From NCBI GenBank assembly GCA_949283935.1, contig CASDUJ010000021.1, positions 107,627 through 171,626 on the forward strand: a DNA stretch of 64,000 bases, read 5' to 3'. The notes beneath the pieces were generated by a model. That model was not told where the DNA came from. It saw only the letters and a program-made list of their open reading frames with translations, and made no database searches. Positions within the stretch are counted from its first letter, which is position 1. The number at the start of each line of letters is the position of its first letter. Of the stretch, positions 28,026 to 36,986 are shown one piece after another. The translations under genes and the position numbers were made by a program. This DNA is from an uncultured bacterium (lineage in GTDB: Bacteria; Cyanobacteriota; Vampirovibrionia; Gastranaerophilales; JAILCC01).

Positions 28026-28442
28026 ATGAATATAAATCTTAATGATGATAATAATTCGCAAAAAACTTTGGTTTGTAAGGCTTTAGAATGTTATTTTTCT
28101 AATGAATATATTGAATCTTATCTTAATGACGATTTAGATTTAGAAAATAAAAAAAATATTCAAAAGCATCTTCGTAATTGTCCATTCTGTGCTTATGACT
28201 ATGAAAACATTCTTGAAACAAATGAAAAGATTAAATTTGAACTAGCTAAAAATGACACAGCTGCAAAAAATATCTTTAAGGCTAAAATTATTGAATATAC
28301 CATAACAATTTTAGTTGGTACTTTATTTATTGCATCTTTGTTCTATTTCTTCGTAAAATTAAATGTTTTAGCTAAAAGTGAGAAACCAAAAAAAATTCAA
28401 GAAATTTCAAAATTTAATGAGGTTTCATTTGAAATAAGATAA
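28026..28442 (+). CDS. anti-sigma factor (zf-HC2 type) with one TM helix
   Basis: HLRNCPFCAYDYENI is the H-x3-C-x2-C motif, followed by a single hydrophobic helix (ITILVGTLFIASLFYFFV). Lies immediately downstream of the ECF sigma gene. Confidence 0.65.
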   Translation: MNINLNDDNNSQKTLVCKALECYFSNEYIESYLNDDLDLENKKNIQKHLRNCPFCAYDYENILETNEKIKFELAKNDTAAKNIFKAKIIEYTITILVGTLFIASLFYFFVKLNVLAKSEKPKKIQEISKFNEVSFEIR

Positions 28443-28461
28443 AGTTTATGCAAGAGTTATA

Positions 28462-29046
28462 TTATTCCACATCAGGAAAATTAAAATAAATAACTTCATT
28501 GACTTTGATATTTATTTCTTCACCTTTGCCCCAAGGCGTGTTTCTGTTTACATAATCATCCCAAACTTCTTTGCCTTCACCTTTTACTATTTTCTTTGTG
28601 TCTGAAATGTATGATGGGGAAAAAACAAAAGCTGAATCTAATGGATCAGAACCATCTGTAGAAACTCCAATACTAATTTCTGAATGTTTAAAATCTGGTT
28701 TTAGTTTTTGTCTGTATGTTGCTTTTATTTCTTTTTTTATTTCATGCTTGATTCCACGATTATCTATATATTCTATGGGGATAAAAGTAAAACTAGCATT
28801 TTTATGAAAACTTTCAGGGGAAATAACATCCAGCATTTTGCCTACTATAATACTATTTTTTTCTACGACAACTCCGTCTCCTAAATTTAAGTCCCTTGAA
28901 GCTTTAATTCGAATGATATCTTTTGGGTTTTTTGTAGATATTTCATCTAACGCAGTTCCTTTAAAAACTTGTGCATTAGCAGGTATTATTGATATTACTA
29001 TTAAAGACATTAGCATTGAGGACAACAGAAAAATTTTCTTTATCAT
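28462..29046 (-). CDS. secreted hypothetical protein
   Basis: Signal peptide MIKKIFLLSSMLMSLIVISIIPANA/QV followed by beta-rich sequence. No named family recognised. Confidence 0.55.
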   Translation of the reverse strand: MIKKIFLLSSMLMSLIVISIIPANAQVFKGTALDEISTKNPKDIIRIKASRDLNLGDGVVVEKNSIIVGKMLDVISPESFHKNASFTFIPIEYIDNRGIKHEIKKEIKATYRQKLKPDFKHSEISIGVSTDGSDPLDSAFVFSPSYISDTKKIVKGEGKEVWDDYVNRNTPWGKGEEINIKVNEVIYFNFPDVE

Positions 29047-29142
29047 AAAGATCCTTTCAAAAATAATACTTACTATATTATTTTAGCTTTTTTTTTAAAT
29101 ATATCAATATTCTTCAAATTTTTAAATATTTATTACATATAA

Positions 29143-29179
29143 AAAACCCCATTTTTTAAATTAATGCAAATGGGGTTTT
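29143..29179 (-). terminator. rho-independent terminator after the repeat-protein gene
   Basis: 12-bp stem aaaaccccattt / aaatggggtttt with a 13-nt loop. On the minus strand it is followed by a T-run. Confidence 0.65.
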
Positions 29180-29216
29180 TTCTTAAAATGTTGGTTTAGT
29201 TTTATTGTTAATTTAC

Positions 29217-30638
29217 TTAATCCCAGAAAATGCCTTTCCCAATTAACGCTCCTAAGACATTGCCTGTAGATTCCATAGCTTGTTTTCCACTTTCTAAAAG
29301 CTTGTCAGTAGCTTTTGAAAAACCATCACCTTGATTCAGTGTCACTAGTGATGTGGCTGCATTTACTATACCATCAGTTGCATCAACTACAGCATCTGCT
29401 AGTCCTAAGACACCCTTTGCTCCTATTGTCTTATTAACTGATTTATTCAATACTTCATATTTTGTATCTAAGGTCGAAGCATTTTTGCCTTTTTCTACTA
29501 CTAGAGGTATTAAAGATGATGATGTATCTATGACATCTTTTACTTTGTCAAATATTATGCCAAATGCTGAGCCAGATTCCTTTTCTATTTTTGGTAGTTC
29601 TGCTTTTGGATCATTGGTTTTAGGATCTTTATCTTGTGTTTCTTTTGCTTTTGGATCATTGGTTTTAGGATCTTTATCTTGTGCTTCTTTTGCTTTTGGA
29701 TCATTGGTTTTAGGATCTTTATCTTGTGTTTCTTTTGCTTTTGGATCATTGGTTTTAGGATCTTTATCTTGTGTTTCTTTTGCTTTTGGATCATTGGTTT
29801 TAGGATCTTTATCTTGTGCTTCTTTTGCTTTTGGATCATTGGTTTTAGGATCTTTATCTTGTGCTTCTTTTGCTTTTGGTGGCGCTATTGTATTTGGATT
29901 GTCTGGGGTAGGTGCATTGTTGTTTTGTTCACAAATTGCTACTGATAGTTTTTCGTAATATTCTTGGAACTTATCTGTTATCCCTATAAATTTACCTTGT
30001 AATCCTTCATATACTGTTAACCCTGACGTGTTCCTATCAAGGTTGTAGACCGTATATGTTGAGCCTAGCCCAGCTTTGATTGGATCTGCTGTTGATATAA
30101 TTTCAACTCGTCCTGCTTGTCTGATATTATGAATTGCTAAATACAATTTTTCACTTTGGGGGACCATTTCGTTTTGTCTTGCTATTATGTAACCCATTAT
30201 TTCCTTTGAATCCAAACCATCATGCAAAACCAAATTTAATTTGTCTGAGAATCTTGAAGTAGGATCACAAAACATAGCTTTGAAATCCTCATCTGATAAT
30301 TTTTCTATTGCATTTAATACTTCTTCATCATTTTGCCTTCCTTCCAATATTGCATTTAGCATTGATTCTCTTTTTTCTGCTTGGGTTTTTGTTATATAAT
30401 GACTGTATTGAAAGCGATTTTTGCTTACTTGTGTTTCTGTATTTTCAGTTTTTTCATGCTGGATTTCGCTTGTATTTTCATTTTTTTCTTGAGCAAATTT
30501 AAAGGTTGTCTCCTTGAGTCCATCTGCAGAAATACTGAATACACTTTTTAAGTTTTCTTGTCCATCTTCAGATTTTTTTTCTGGCTTTAGGCATAAATAA
30601 TTTGTGCCTCTTTGGGTGACGTTTGTAATTTCTGTCAT
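29217..30638 (-). CDS. hypothetical protein with six 15-aa tandem repeats (KAKE[A/T]QDKDPKTNDP)
   Basis: Start moved to MTEITNV (ATG at 30638 preceded by GGAGAG). Unique N-terminal about 290 aa, the repeat block, and a Gly/Ala/Val-rich C-terminal about 130 aa. No signal peptide seen. Confidence 0.6.
   Translation of the reverse strand: MTEITNVTQRGTNYLCLKPEKKSEDGQENLKSVFSISADGLKETTFKFAQEKNENTSEIQHEKTENTETQVSKNRFQYSHYITKTQAEKRESMLNAILEGRQNDEEVLNAIEKLSDEDFKAMFCDPTSRFSDKLNLVLHDGLDSKEIMGYIIARQNEMVPQSEKLYLAIHNIRQAGRVEIISTADPIKAGLGSTYTVYNLDRNTSGLTVYEGLQGKFIGITDKFQEYYEKLSVAICEQNNNAPTPDNPNTIAPPKAKEAQDKDPKTNDPKAKEAQDKDPKTNDPKAKETQDKDPKTNDPKAKETQDKDPKTNDPKAKEAQDKDPKTNDPKAKETQDKDPKTNDPKAELPKIEKESGSAFGIIFDKVKDVIDTSSSLIPLVVEKGKNASTLDTKYEVLNKSVNKTIGAKGVLGLADAVVDATDGIVNAATSLVTLNQGDGFSKATDKLLESGKQAMESTGNVLGALIGKGIFWD
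29601..29879. repeat. 45-bp direct tandem repeat, 6 full copies plus a 9-nt partial copy
   Basis: The unit tgcttttggatcattggttttaggatctttatcttgtgYttcttt repeats head-to-tail. Copies differ only at one position (t,c,t,t,c,c) and are in frame with the CDS. Confidence 0.95.
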
Positions 30639-30826
30639 TATTCTCTCCTTTATATATTCTCTACACTCTAATAAAGTTTTGAGTTTTTTATTTATTGCTA
30701 AAAAGTAGATGTTAAATATCCTTTTTTTGAGAAAAATAAGATATATAGGCAAGTTTAAGCTTAATAAAAATTAATATATTATGAAATTAAATAACAATAT
30801 TTTGTTAGTTTAGGATATTAAACAAC

Positions 30827-31153
30827 ATGAATATAAAATGTGAACTTGGAAAAAACATAAAAAAAATGCGTAGAAAACTTGGCTTGTCACAAGAAAAATT
30901 TGCAGAAATGATTGATATAGCTCCAAGGACATTATATGGTATAGAGAGTGGAAAAAATTTTGTGACTTCTGAGACTCTGGAAAATATTATTAGGGTATTT
31001 AATGTTTCACCTGCTGATTTATTCGAACAAAATAGTGAAATCTTACCAGAACAAATGATTAATTATATTAAAGCTAATATAGATGATTTGATATATGAAC
31101 CCGAAAAACTAGTTCTGCTTTACAAAATATTAAAACATCTTATAAACAACTAA
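30827..31153 (+). CDS. XRE-family helix-turn-helix transcriptional regulator
   Basis: IKKMRRKLGLSQEKFAEMIDIAPRTLYGIESGKN is a classic Cro/C1 HTH. Divergent from the repeat-protein gene. Confidence 0.8.
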   Translation: MNIKCELGKNIKKMRRKLGLSQEKFAEMIDIAPRTLYGIESGKNFVTSETLENIIRVFNVSPADLFEQNSEILPEQMINYIKANIDDLIYEPEKLVLLYKILKHLINN

Positions 31154-33099
31154 ATTCTATACATTTCGTTAATTGTTTTTTCATATTTTTCAAAAACTAC
31201 ATTTTTACGAATTTTGGCAGTAAAAGTCATTAAACCATTTTCAATTGTAAAACCATCTGAAACAAATCTTATTGCGCCAAGTCTTTCAAAAGGTCTAAAG
31301 TTAGGACGAGATGCAATTCTTGCGTTAAGTTCTTTTAAAAGCATTTTTTTAAACATAGGATCTTGTTCTGCAGTTTCTTCTTTTACTCCATTTTGCTTGG
31401 CCCATTCTATTACGGCTTCTTCATCTGTTTTTATTAATGCTCCTAAGCAACTTTTGTCTTGACCTACAAGTACAATTTGCTTTACAAATTCGCTCATTGA
31501 GCATTCTTGTTCTATAACATCAGGCTCAATATTTTCTCCATTTGACAAAACAATGATATCTTTGGCTCTGCCTGTTAAAGTTAAAAAGTTATCTTCGCTT
31601 AACCAACCCAAATCTCCAGTTATAAACCAGCCTGTTTTCAACAAAACTTTGTCAGTTGCTTCTTTGTCTTTGTAGTAGCCTTTCATTATTTGCGGTCCTT
31701 TGGCTAAAACTAAGCCTTTTTGTCCTTTAGGCATTAATGTAAGTTTATCAGGATCTACAATTGCTATTTCTGTTTCAGGCAGAGGTTGTCCCGCAGTGTA
31801 TAATCTGTTGTTTTCAAATTTTCTAACTGTTAAAATTGGTGCTGTCTCAGTTAAACCATAACCTACAACAAGTTCTAAGTTTATTGCATTGAAAAAATCT
31901 TCAATTTGAGGAGCCAAAGCCCCGCCCCCTGATATAAATCGGGGAAATTTTCCGCCAAGTGCTTTTTTGATTCTCGAAAATATTAATTCATTTGCGGCTT
32001 TATTTATGGGGTATAAACAAGCTGCATTTATTGCACATTTAAGTTTTAACATTTTCGATGGATTTTTTTCATCCCTTGAATTTCCCTCCAAAATTCTTAA
32101 TGATTTTTTGTAAGACTTAGCTATATTTAAAAGTGAATAAAATATTCCCTTTTCCAAATTAGATTTGTTCTTTAATTCCGATATAATGCTTTCATAAATG
32201 GCTTCTAAAAGTCTCGGTACAGCTACCATTAAATCAGGTTTGAATTTTTTTAAATCTTTTTTAAAATTCCTTATGTTTGTATAACAAAGCGTTCCTCCCG
32301 AATATACTACGTAATATTCTACAGTTCTTTCATACATATGCCAAACAGGAAGAACATTTAATACAGTTTGTCGTGGCTTGACATCTATTACCCCATGAAT
32401 ATTGAATAATTGACTGGTAAGATTTCCGTTTGTTAGCATAATCCCTTTGGGTCTGCCTGTTGTCCCAGAACTATATACTATTGTGGCAAGATCTTCGGCA
32501 TGTAATTTTGTATGTATAAAATCTTTGTCTTTGCCGATTTCCAAAAGTTGGTTAAAACTATACATGGATATTTTTGTGTCTTTTAAATCAGATATATCTT
32601 CAATTCCATTGTAAATAATAAACTTGGCATTATGTTCTTCTAAATAATCTTTGATGTCCAAAATCAATGACTTGCTATCGGTTACAAGAGCACAGCAATC
32701 ACTGTGTTCGTATATGTACTTTAATTCGTCTAATGGGGCAGAAGAACTTCTCACTGCATTTACGGCACCACATTTTAATACAGCTTGGTCACATAGCATC
32801 CACCTTGCAGAGTTTTCGCTAAAAAAAGCAATGTGAGAAAATTTCTTTAATCCAATTGTTTGAAGTGCTGCAGCAATTGTGCAAATTTTCCCATAAGCTT
32901 CTCTGTAAGTAAGTCTTAACCCGCAATAATCATCTTTTATTGCTATATTAGAACCGTATTTTCTTGAAGAAAGTGCCCAAGCATCTGAAATGGAAGTAAT
33001 TTCTTTAAGATTTTTCACAACAAACATGTGCTTGTTCACAAATTTACTTATATCATAATTAGTATTTTGGTTTTTTTCTTTTGCATTAGGATTTGGCAT
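31150..33099 (-). CDS. long-chain acyl-CoA (or acyl-ACP) synthetase, AMP-binding family
   Basis: YSSGTTGRPKGIMLT (AMP-binding motif I), GYGLTET and the GD..WL.EDNFLTLTGRAKD motifs. About 650 aa, as for the FadD/Aas type. Confidence 0.8.
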   Translation of the reverse strand: MPNPNAKEKNQNTNYDISKFVNKHMFVVKNLKEITSISDAWALSSRKYGSNIAIKDDYCGLRLTYREAYGKICTIAAALQTIGLKKFSHIAFFSENSARWMLCDQAVLKCGAVNAVRSSSAPLDELKYIYEHSDCCALVTDSKSLILDIKDYLEEHNAKFIIYNGIEDISDLKDTKISMYSFNQLLEIGKDKDFIHTKLHAEDLATIVYSSGTTGRPKGIMLTNGNLTSQLFNIHGVIDVKPRQTVLNVLPVWHMYERTVEYYVVYSGGTLCYTNIRNFKKDLKKFKPDLMVAVPRLLEAIYESIISELKNKSNLEKGIFYSLLNIAKSYKKSLRILEGNSRDEKNPSKMLKLKCAINAACLYPINKAANELIFSRIKKALGGKFPRFISGGGALAPQIEDFFNAINLELVVGYGLTETAPILTVRKFENNRLYTAGQPLPETEIAIVDPDKLTLMPKGQKGLVLAKGPQIMKGYYKDKEATDKVLLKTGWFITGDLGWLSEDNFLTLTGRAKDIIVLSNGENIEPDVIEQECSMSEFVKQIVLVGQDKSCLGALIKTDEEAVIEWAKQNGVKEETAEQDPMFKKMLLKELNARIASRPNFRPFERLGAIRFVSDGFTIENGLMTFTAKIRKNVVFEKYEKTINEMYRI

Positions 33100-33223
33100 A
33101 CAAGTTTCAACTATCTAATTCCACTACTATATATTTAGCATAAAAACAAAACATAATAAAAATTGTTAAGAAATTCACACAAATCTTTAAATGTGTTATT
33201 TTGTTCACAAAGGGAGGTAAAAT

Positions 33224-33949
33224 TTGCCACAAGTTTATCAAACTAACGCAATTAATATACATTCTTATAATTTAAGTGAAAACGATAAAATTGTTGTGAT
33301 GTATTCAATAGATTCCGGAATTATAAAATGTGTTGCAAAAGGTGTAAAAAAGCCAAAAAGTAAATTGGCCGGCAGGATGGATTTGCTTATCAATAATAAT
33401 CTTGTCCTCTCAAAAGGAAAAAATCTTGATATAATTTCTCAAGCAGAAGTTATAAATGCTTTTAAAAATATTAGATTAGATTTTTCTCGTTTGGGTTTTG
33501 CTATTTATTGCGCAGAATTAATTGGAATTTTTGGGGTAGAAAATGACCCTAATTCTAAAACAATATATGAGTTACTTTTGAAAACATTGAATAAAATTGA
33601 TTTAACTTCCGGCAAAAGTAATTTGCTCAATATAGTCATAAATTTCCAGCTAGAACTCATGAAAATTGCTGGATATACTTTGTCTACTGACAAATGTTCT
33701 TCATGTGGTTTACCATATAACGAAAGTTTTAAATTTTCTATACCATCAGGTGGGGTTGTTTGTAGTAGATGTGCAACTTTTAATACTATTTCTTCTGAAA
33801 AAACAAAACAACTAATTGCTGTTATTAATAAATTACCAGAAGGAGAAAATCTTTCTATGCAAGAATTCTGCTTTGATACAATTAAAGACTATATATCTTT
33901 CCATTCTCATAGAAAGATAAAGACACATTCATTTTTATCTATAATTTAG
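33224..33949 (+). CDS. recO: DNA repair protein RecO
   Basis: N-terminal OB pattern (AINIHSYNLSENDKIVVMYS...G.I..VAKGVKK.KSK) and a Cys4 site (CSSCG...CSRC). TTG start preceded by AGGGAGG. Confidence 0.8.
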   Translation: MPQVYQTNAINIHSYNLSENDKIVVMYSIDSGIIKCVAKGVKKPKSKLAGRMDLLINNNLVLSKGKNLDIISQAEVINAFKNIRLDFSRLGFAIYCAELIGIFGVENDPNSKTIYELLLKTLNKIDLTSGKSNLLNIVINFQLELMKIAGYTLSTDKCSSCGLPYNESFKFSIPSGGVVCSRCATFNTISSEKTKQLIAVINKLPEGENLSMQEFCFDTIKDYISFHSHRKIKTHSFLSII

Positions 33950-33952
33950 TTA

Positions 33953-34342
33953 TTACCCGTATGAGAAGGCTGTTTTAATATTTTGGTCAAGCATCTTTTG
34001 AGCAGATTCTTTTCTTTGTTGAACCATTTTTAATTCGTTTTGTAATTTTGTTAATTCCATTTCAAGTTGTTTGTCTATGGCCGCTATTACTCTTTCTTTT
34101 GATTCTATACCTGAAGCCAAACTTAACAGTCTTTGATACTCTTGTTTGCCAAATGTAGTATTTTGATCGCATTGCGACATTCGTTGATATAGTGCTGATT
34201 TTTGATTACCTAGGAAGATGCTCTGCATGGAAACTTGCATACGAGTATCCATTTTGTAGTTAACGCGATAGGTTAAGTCATGTTCCATCGCTGTTAACAT
34301 CAATACTATTAAATTTGGACCGGCTATTGCGCCCATTGGCAT
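33953..34342 (-). CDS. hypothetical coiled-coil protein
   Basis: 129-aa ORF with an AAAGGAG RBS upstream (revcomp of ctccttt at 34343-34349). No motif recognised. Confidence 0.45.
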   Translation of the reverse strand: MPMGAIAGPNLIVLMLTAMEHDLTYRVNYKMDTRMQVSMQSIFLGNQKSALYQRMSQCDQNTTFGKQEYQRLLSLASGIESKERVIAAIDKQLEMELTKLQNELKMVQQRKESAQKMLDQNIKTAFSYG

Positions 34343-34472
34343 CTCCTTTTTCTATTTTTTCATCAATATAGGGTAGGTCTTACTAATATAAAAACTTTTT
34401 TTAAAATAATATTGCCTATTTTAAAAAAAACAGATGATTTGTATTTTTATTTTATTATTCATGTTTGTATTT

Positions 34473-34514
34473 AATAAAACGAAAAACCTTGTATTAAAGG
34501 CTTTTCGTTTTATT
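34473..34514 (-). terminator. AT-rich hairpin downstream of apt
   Basis: aataaaacgaaaaacc / 10-nt loop / ggcttttcgttttatt (16-bp stem, one mismatch) with T-rich flanks. Confidence 0.45.
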
Positions 34515-34603
34515 AAATTCCTAGCATTTTAAAAAATTTTTTTTGTCTGTATTTGTTACTAAATATTAAATTTTGTAAAATTTTGTTAAGTTATTTCATG
34601 CTT

Positions 34604-35125
34604 CTAAAATTTTAACATTGATACCATTTCTATTGATGGATCTATTTTTTCTCTAGCTTTTAAATCCTTAAGCTCAATAAGAAAAGCTACTTTTTTTACT
34701 ATACCTCCTAAATTTTTTACTAATTCTATTGAAGCTTCAAGAGTCCCTCCGGTAGCTACTAAATCATCCATAATTATAACCTTTTTCCCTGGTTCTATCG
34801 AATCGACATGTATTTCCAGTTTATCTGTGCCATATTCTAGTGAATATTCCGCACTTATTGTTTCGGCCGGAAGTTTCCCTGGTTTTCTTATAATAATTAG
34901 CCCTTTATTCATTAAATACGCAATTGGTGCAGCTAAAAAAAACCCTCTTGATTCAATAGCCACTATGTAATCAAAATCTGTGTTCTTAAAATTTTCAACA
35001 AAAAAATCTATGATTTCTTTGAAAATTTCCGGCCTTTTTAAGGCTGTAGTTATATCTCTAAAAATTATACCCTTTTTGGGAAAATCTACTACTTTTCTTA
35101 TTGCTTCTTCAACTTTTTTGCTCAT
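34604..35125 (-). CDS. apt: adenine phosphoribosyltransferase
   Basis: PKKGIIFRDIT and the PRPP loop VIIMDDLVATGGT. Start moved to MSKKVEE (ATG at 35125 after GGGGA). Confidence 0.9.
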   Translation of the reverse strand: MSKKVEEAIRKVVDFPKKGIIFRDITTALKRPEIFKEIIDFFVENFKNTDFDYIVAIESRGFFLAAPIAYLMNKGLIIIRKPGKLPAETISAEYSLEYGTDKLEIHVDSIEPGKKVIIMDDLVATGGTLEASIELVKNLGGIVKKVAFLIELKDLKAREKIDPSIEMVSMLKF

Positions 35126-35180
35126 AATATCCCCCAACGATTTACCGCTTGAATTATATCATGGAAAAAAATTGTTTTAG

Positions 35181-35513
35181 TTATAATTTTTTCAGTAATT
35201 TACCAATTATTGGTATTTTACCTCTAAATAGAAATCCAATTACTGCCGCTATTGAGCCACCAATTACCCAATTTAGTGTTTTTCTTTCTTTTTTTACCTT
35301 GTTTAAGATTTCCACGCTATCTGTTGTTGGTGGAGATAAGTATTTGTTTTTATCTTTACCAAAATAGTTGGTTCTTATTTCTTGACTTTGCATTCCACCA
35401 TGGATTAAATTATTTATTTGTTCATATGTTGATGGGTTACCCAAGTAAAATGCACTATTGGGGTTATTTAATTCATGTTGCACATTTGCTAATGTATATC
35501 CATCCATTGTCAC
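35181..35513 (-). CDS. hypothetical tail-anchored membrane protein
   Basis: 110-aa ORF with a single C-terminal hydrophobic helix (WVIGGSIAAVIGFLF). No motif recognised. Confidence 0.45.
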   Translation of the reverse strand: MTMDGYTLANVQHELNNPNSAFYLGNPSTYEQINNLIHGGMQSQEIRTNYFGKDKNKYLSPPTTDSVEILNKVKKERKTLNWVIGGSIAAVIGFLFRGKIPIIGKLLKKL

Positions 35514-35568
35514 ACCTTGTCATTACCTTTACCTATATATATAAAAAATATTTTGCTGAGAAAATTGC

Positions 35569-36984
35569 TTAGTTATATTTTTTTAATGCTTTTCGAAATG
35601 CTCCAAGTGTGTATCCATCGTAATAGCCCTGATATATATATGGCAATAAACTTCTGTTTGCAATTGAAATGATGCCTTGAATTTCGTTCCAAGCTATGCT
35701 ACAGGGGCGAAAATTAATTCCAAGTTTGTGACATTCTTTTTTTATGTAATTTAATTTTTTTTCTAAAGATTTTCTGTTTTCCATTGGGAATTTTTCAAAT
35801 GGTGTAAATTTTTTAGGTACAAAAGAATTTATGCTGAGCGTAAGTTTTTTTCCATTTCTAATTTTTTTCAATAAATGTATTAAGGCTTCTACGTCATCTG
35901 AAGTTTCATTTGGTAGACCAATCATTGCATATATTTTTAAACCATCCATTCCTCCCCTAAAGCATGTTTCTGCTGCTTGGATAATTTGGTCTTCAGTAAG
36001 TTTTTTGTTTATAAAATCTCTCATTTTTTGCGAGCCGGCTTCAATCGCAATGGTTGCGTTTTTTTGTCCACATTCTCTTAACATTTTGATATTTAAATCT
36101 GTTATAAAATCTGCGCGTAAAGAACCTATAGATACCTTGAAATCTTTTTTTTCTCTTTTTTTTAGTAAATATTCACATAAATTTTCGAAACAAGGATTTG
36201 CAGGGACAAGTGCTCCCAAAAGCCCAATATTATTGCATTTTTGCAATCCAATATCTATTTGTTTTGTTATTGATTCAAATGTTGCATGATGGATAGGTGT
36301 ATTGATGTGACTAGTTAAACAAAAGTTGCATTTATATGGGCATCCTCTGGAAATTTCGACCAGAAATGTATCCGAAAAAGTAGTATTGGTCGTTACAATC
36401 GGGCTAGATATACATTCTTTAGAGAGATAGCTTATTCTTTTTATTTCTGAAAAATTTTGTATGGATGGTACATAAATTCCTTTAATTTTTGCAAGTTTTT
36501 CCAATTTAGAATTTTTGGATAAATCGTGTGAGTCGTATAACAATTTTGCAATTTTAGGAATTATATCTTCTCCATCTCCTACAATTATAAAATCAAAAAT
36601 ATCATGAAAAGGTTCCGGATTTGCTGTCAAAACGGCCCCTCCTCCCATTATAAGGGGTGTATCTTTATTTCTGGTTGATGCAAACAATGGTATTTTATAT
36701 TTTTCTAAAATTTTGAAGATATTAATAAAATCAAATTCAAAAGAAAAAGAAAAGCTTATGAGATTTACATTTTGAATTGAAATAGATGTTTTTTTTGTAT
36801 CTAAAAATATTCTTTCAATATTTGCGTAAGGTGTTTCGTCAAAAAGTCTAAATAAATTTAAAAATCCAAGAGAAGACATTCCTACAACATATTCTGCCGG
36901 AAAACAAAACCAAACGTTTATTGGATTTGGAATTTTTGGAGACGGAGAATAAAAAAACTTTTCTTCATCATTAATATTTTTCAA
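35569..36984 (-). CDS. B12-binding-domain radical SAM protein
   Basis: CxxxCxxC motif EISRGCPYKCNFC, preceded by a Rossmann-like N-terminal domain (IIVGDGED). 471 aa. Confidence 0.8.
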   Translation of the reverse strand: MKNINDEEKFFYSPSPKIPNPINVWFCFPAEYVVGMSSLGFLNLFRLFDETPYANIERIFLDTKKTSISIQNVNLISFSFSFEFDFINIFKILEKYKIPLFASTRNKDTPLIMGGGAVLTANPEPFHDIFDFIIVGDGEDIIPKIAKLLYDSHDLSKNSKLEKLAKIKGIYVPSIQNFSEIKRISYLSKECISSPIVTTNTTFSDTFLVEISRGCPYKCNFCLTSHINTPIHHATFESITKQIDIGLQKCNNIGLLGALVPANPCFENLCEYLLKKREKKDFKVSIGSLRADFITDLNIKMLRECGQKNATIAIEAGSQKMRDFINKKLTEDQIIQAAETCFRGGMDGLKIYAMIGLPNETSDDVEALIHLLKKIRNGKKLTLSINSFVPKKFTPFEKFPMENRKSLEKKLNYIKKECHKLGINFRPCSIAWNEIQGIISIANRSLLPYIYQGYYDGYTLGAFRKALKKYN

Positions 36985-36986
36985 TT

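Noticed and set aside
29601-29879. Possible CRISPR array
   Set aside because: The copies abut directly with no spacers, the period is exactly 15 codons inside a CDS, and there are no cas genes in the window.
29353-29958. Long ORFs on the + strand (29353-29958, 29634-29945) and an alternative minus-strand frame (29585-29839) across the 45-bp repeat
   Set aside because: A perfectly periodic 45-bp repeat keeps several frames open by construction. These ORFs are antisense or out of frame to the 29217-30638 gene. That gene has an RBS and unique N- and C-terminal parts. The translations of these ORFs are pure repeat artefacts (for example FCFWIIGFRIFIL...).
34431-34533. Small + strand ORF MICIFILLFMFVFNK... 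in the 261-bp gap upstream of 33953-34342
   Set aside because: It has no Shine-Dalgarno sequence and runs through the apt terminator hairpin. Its composition is what AT-rich non-coding DNA yields.
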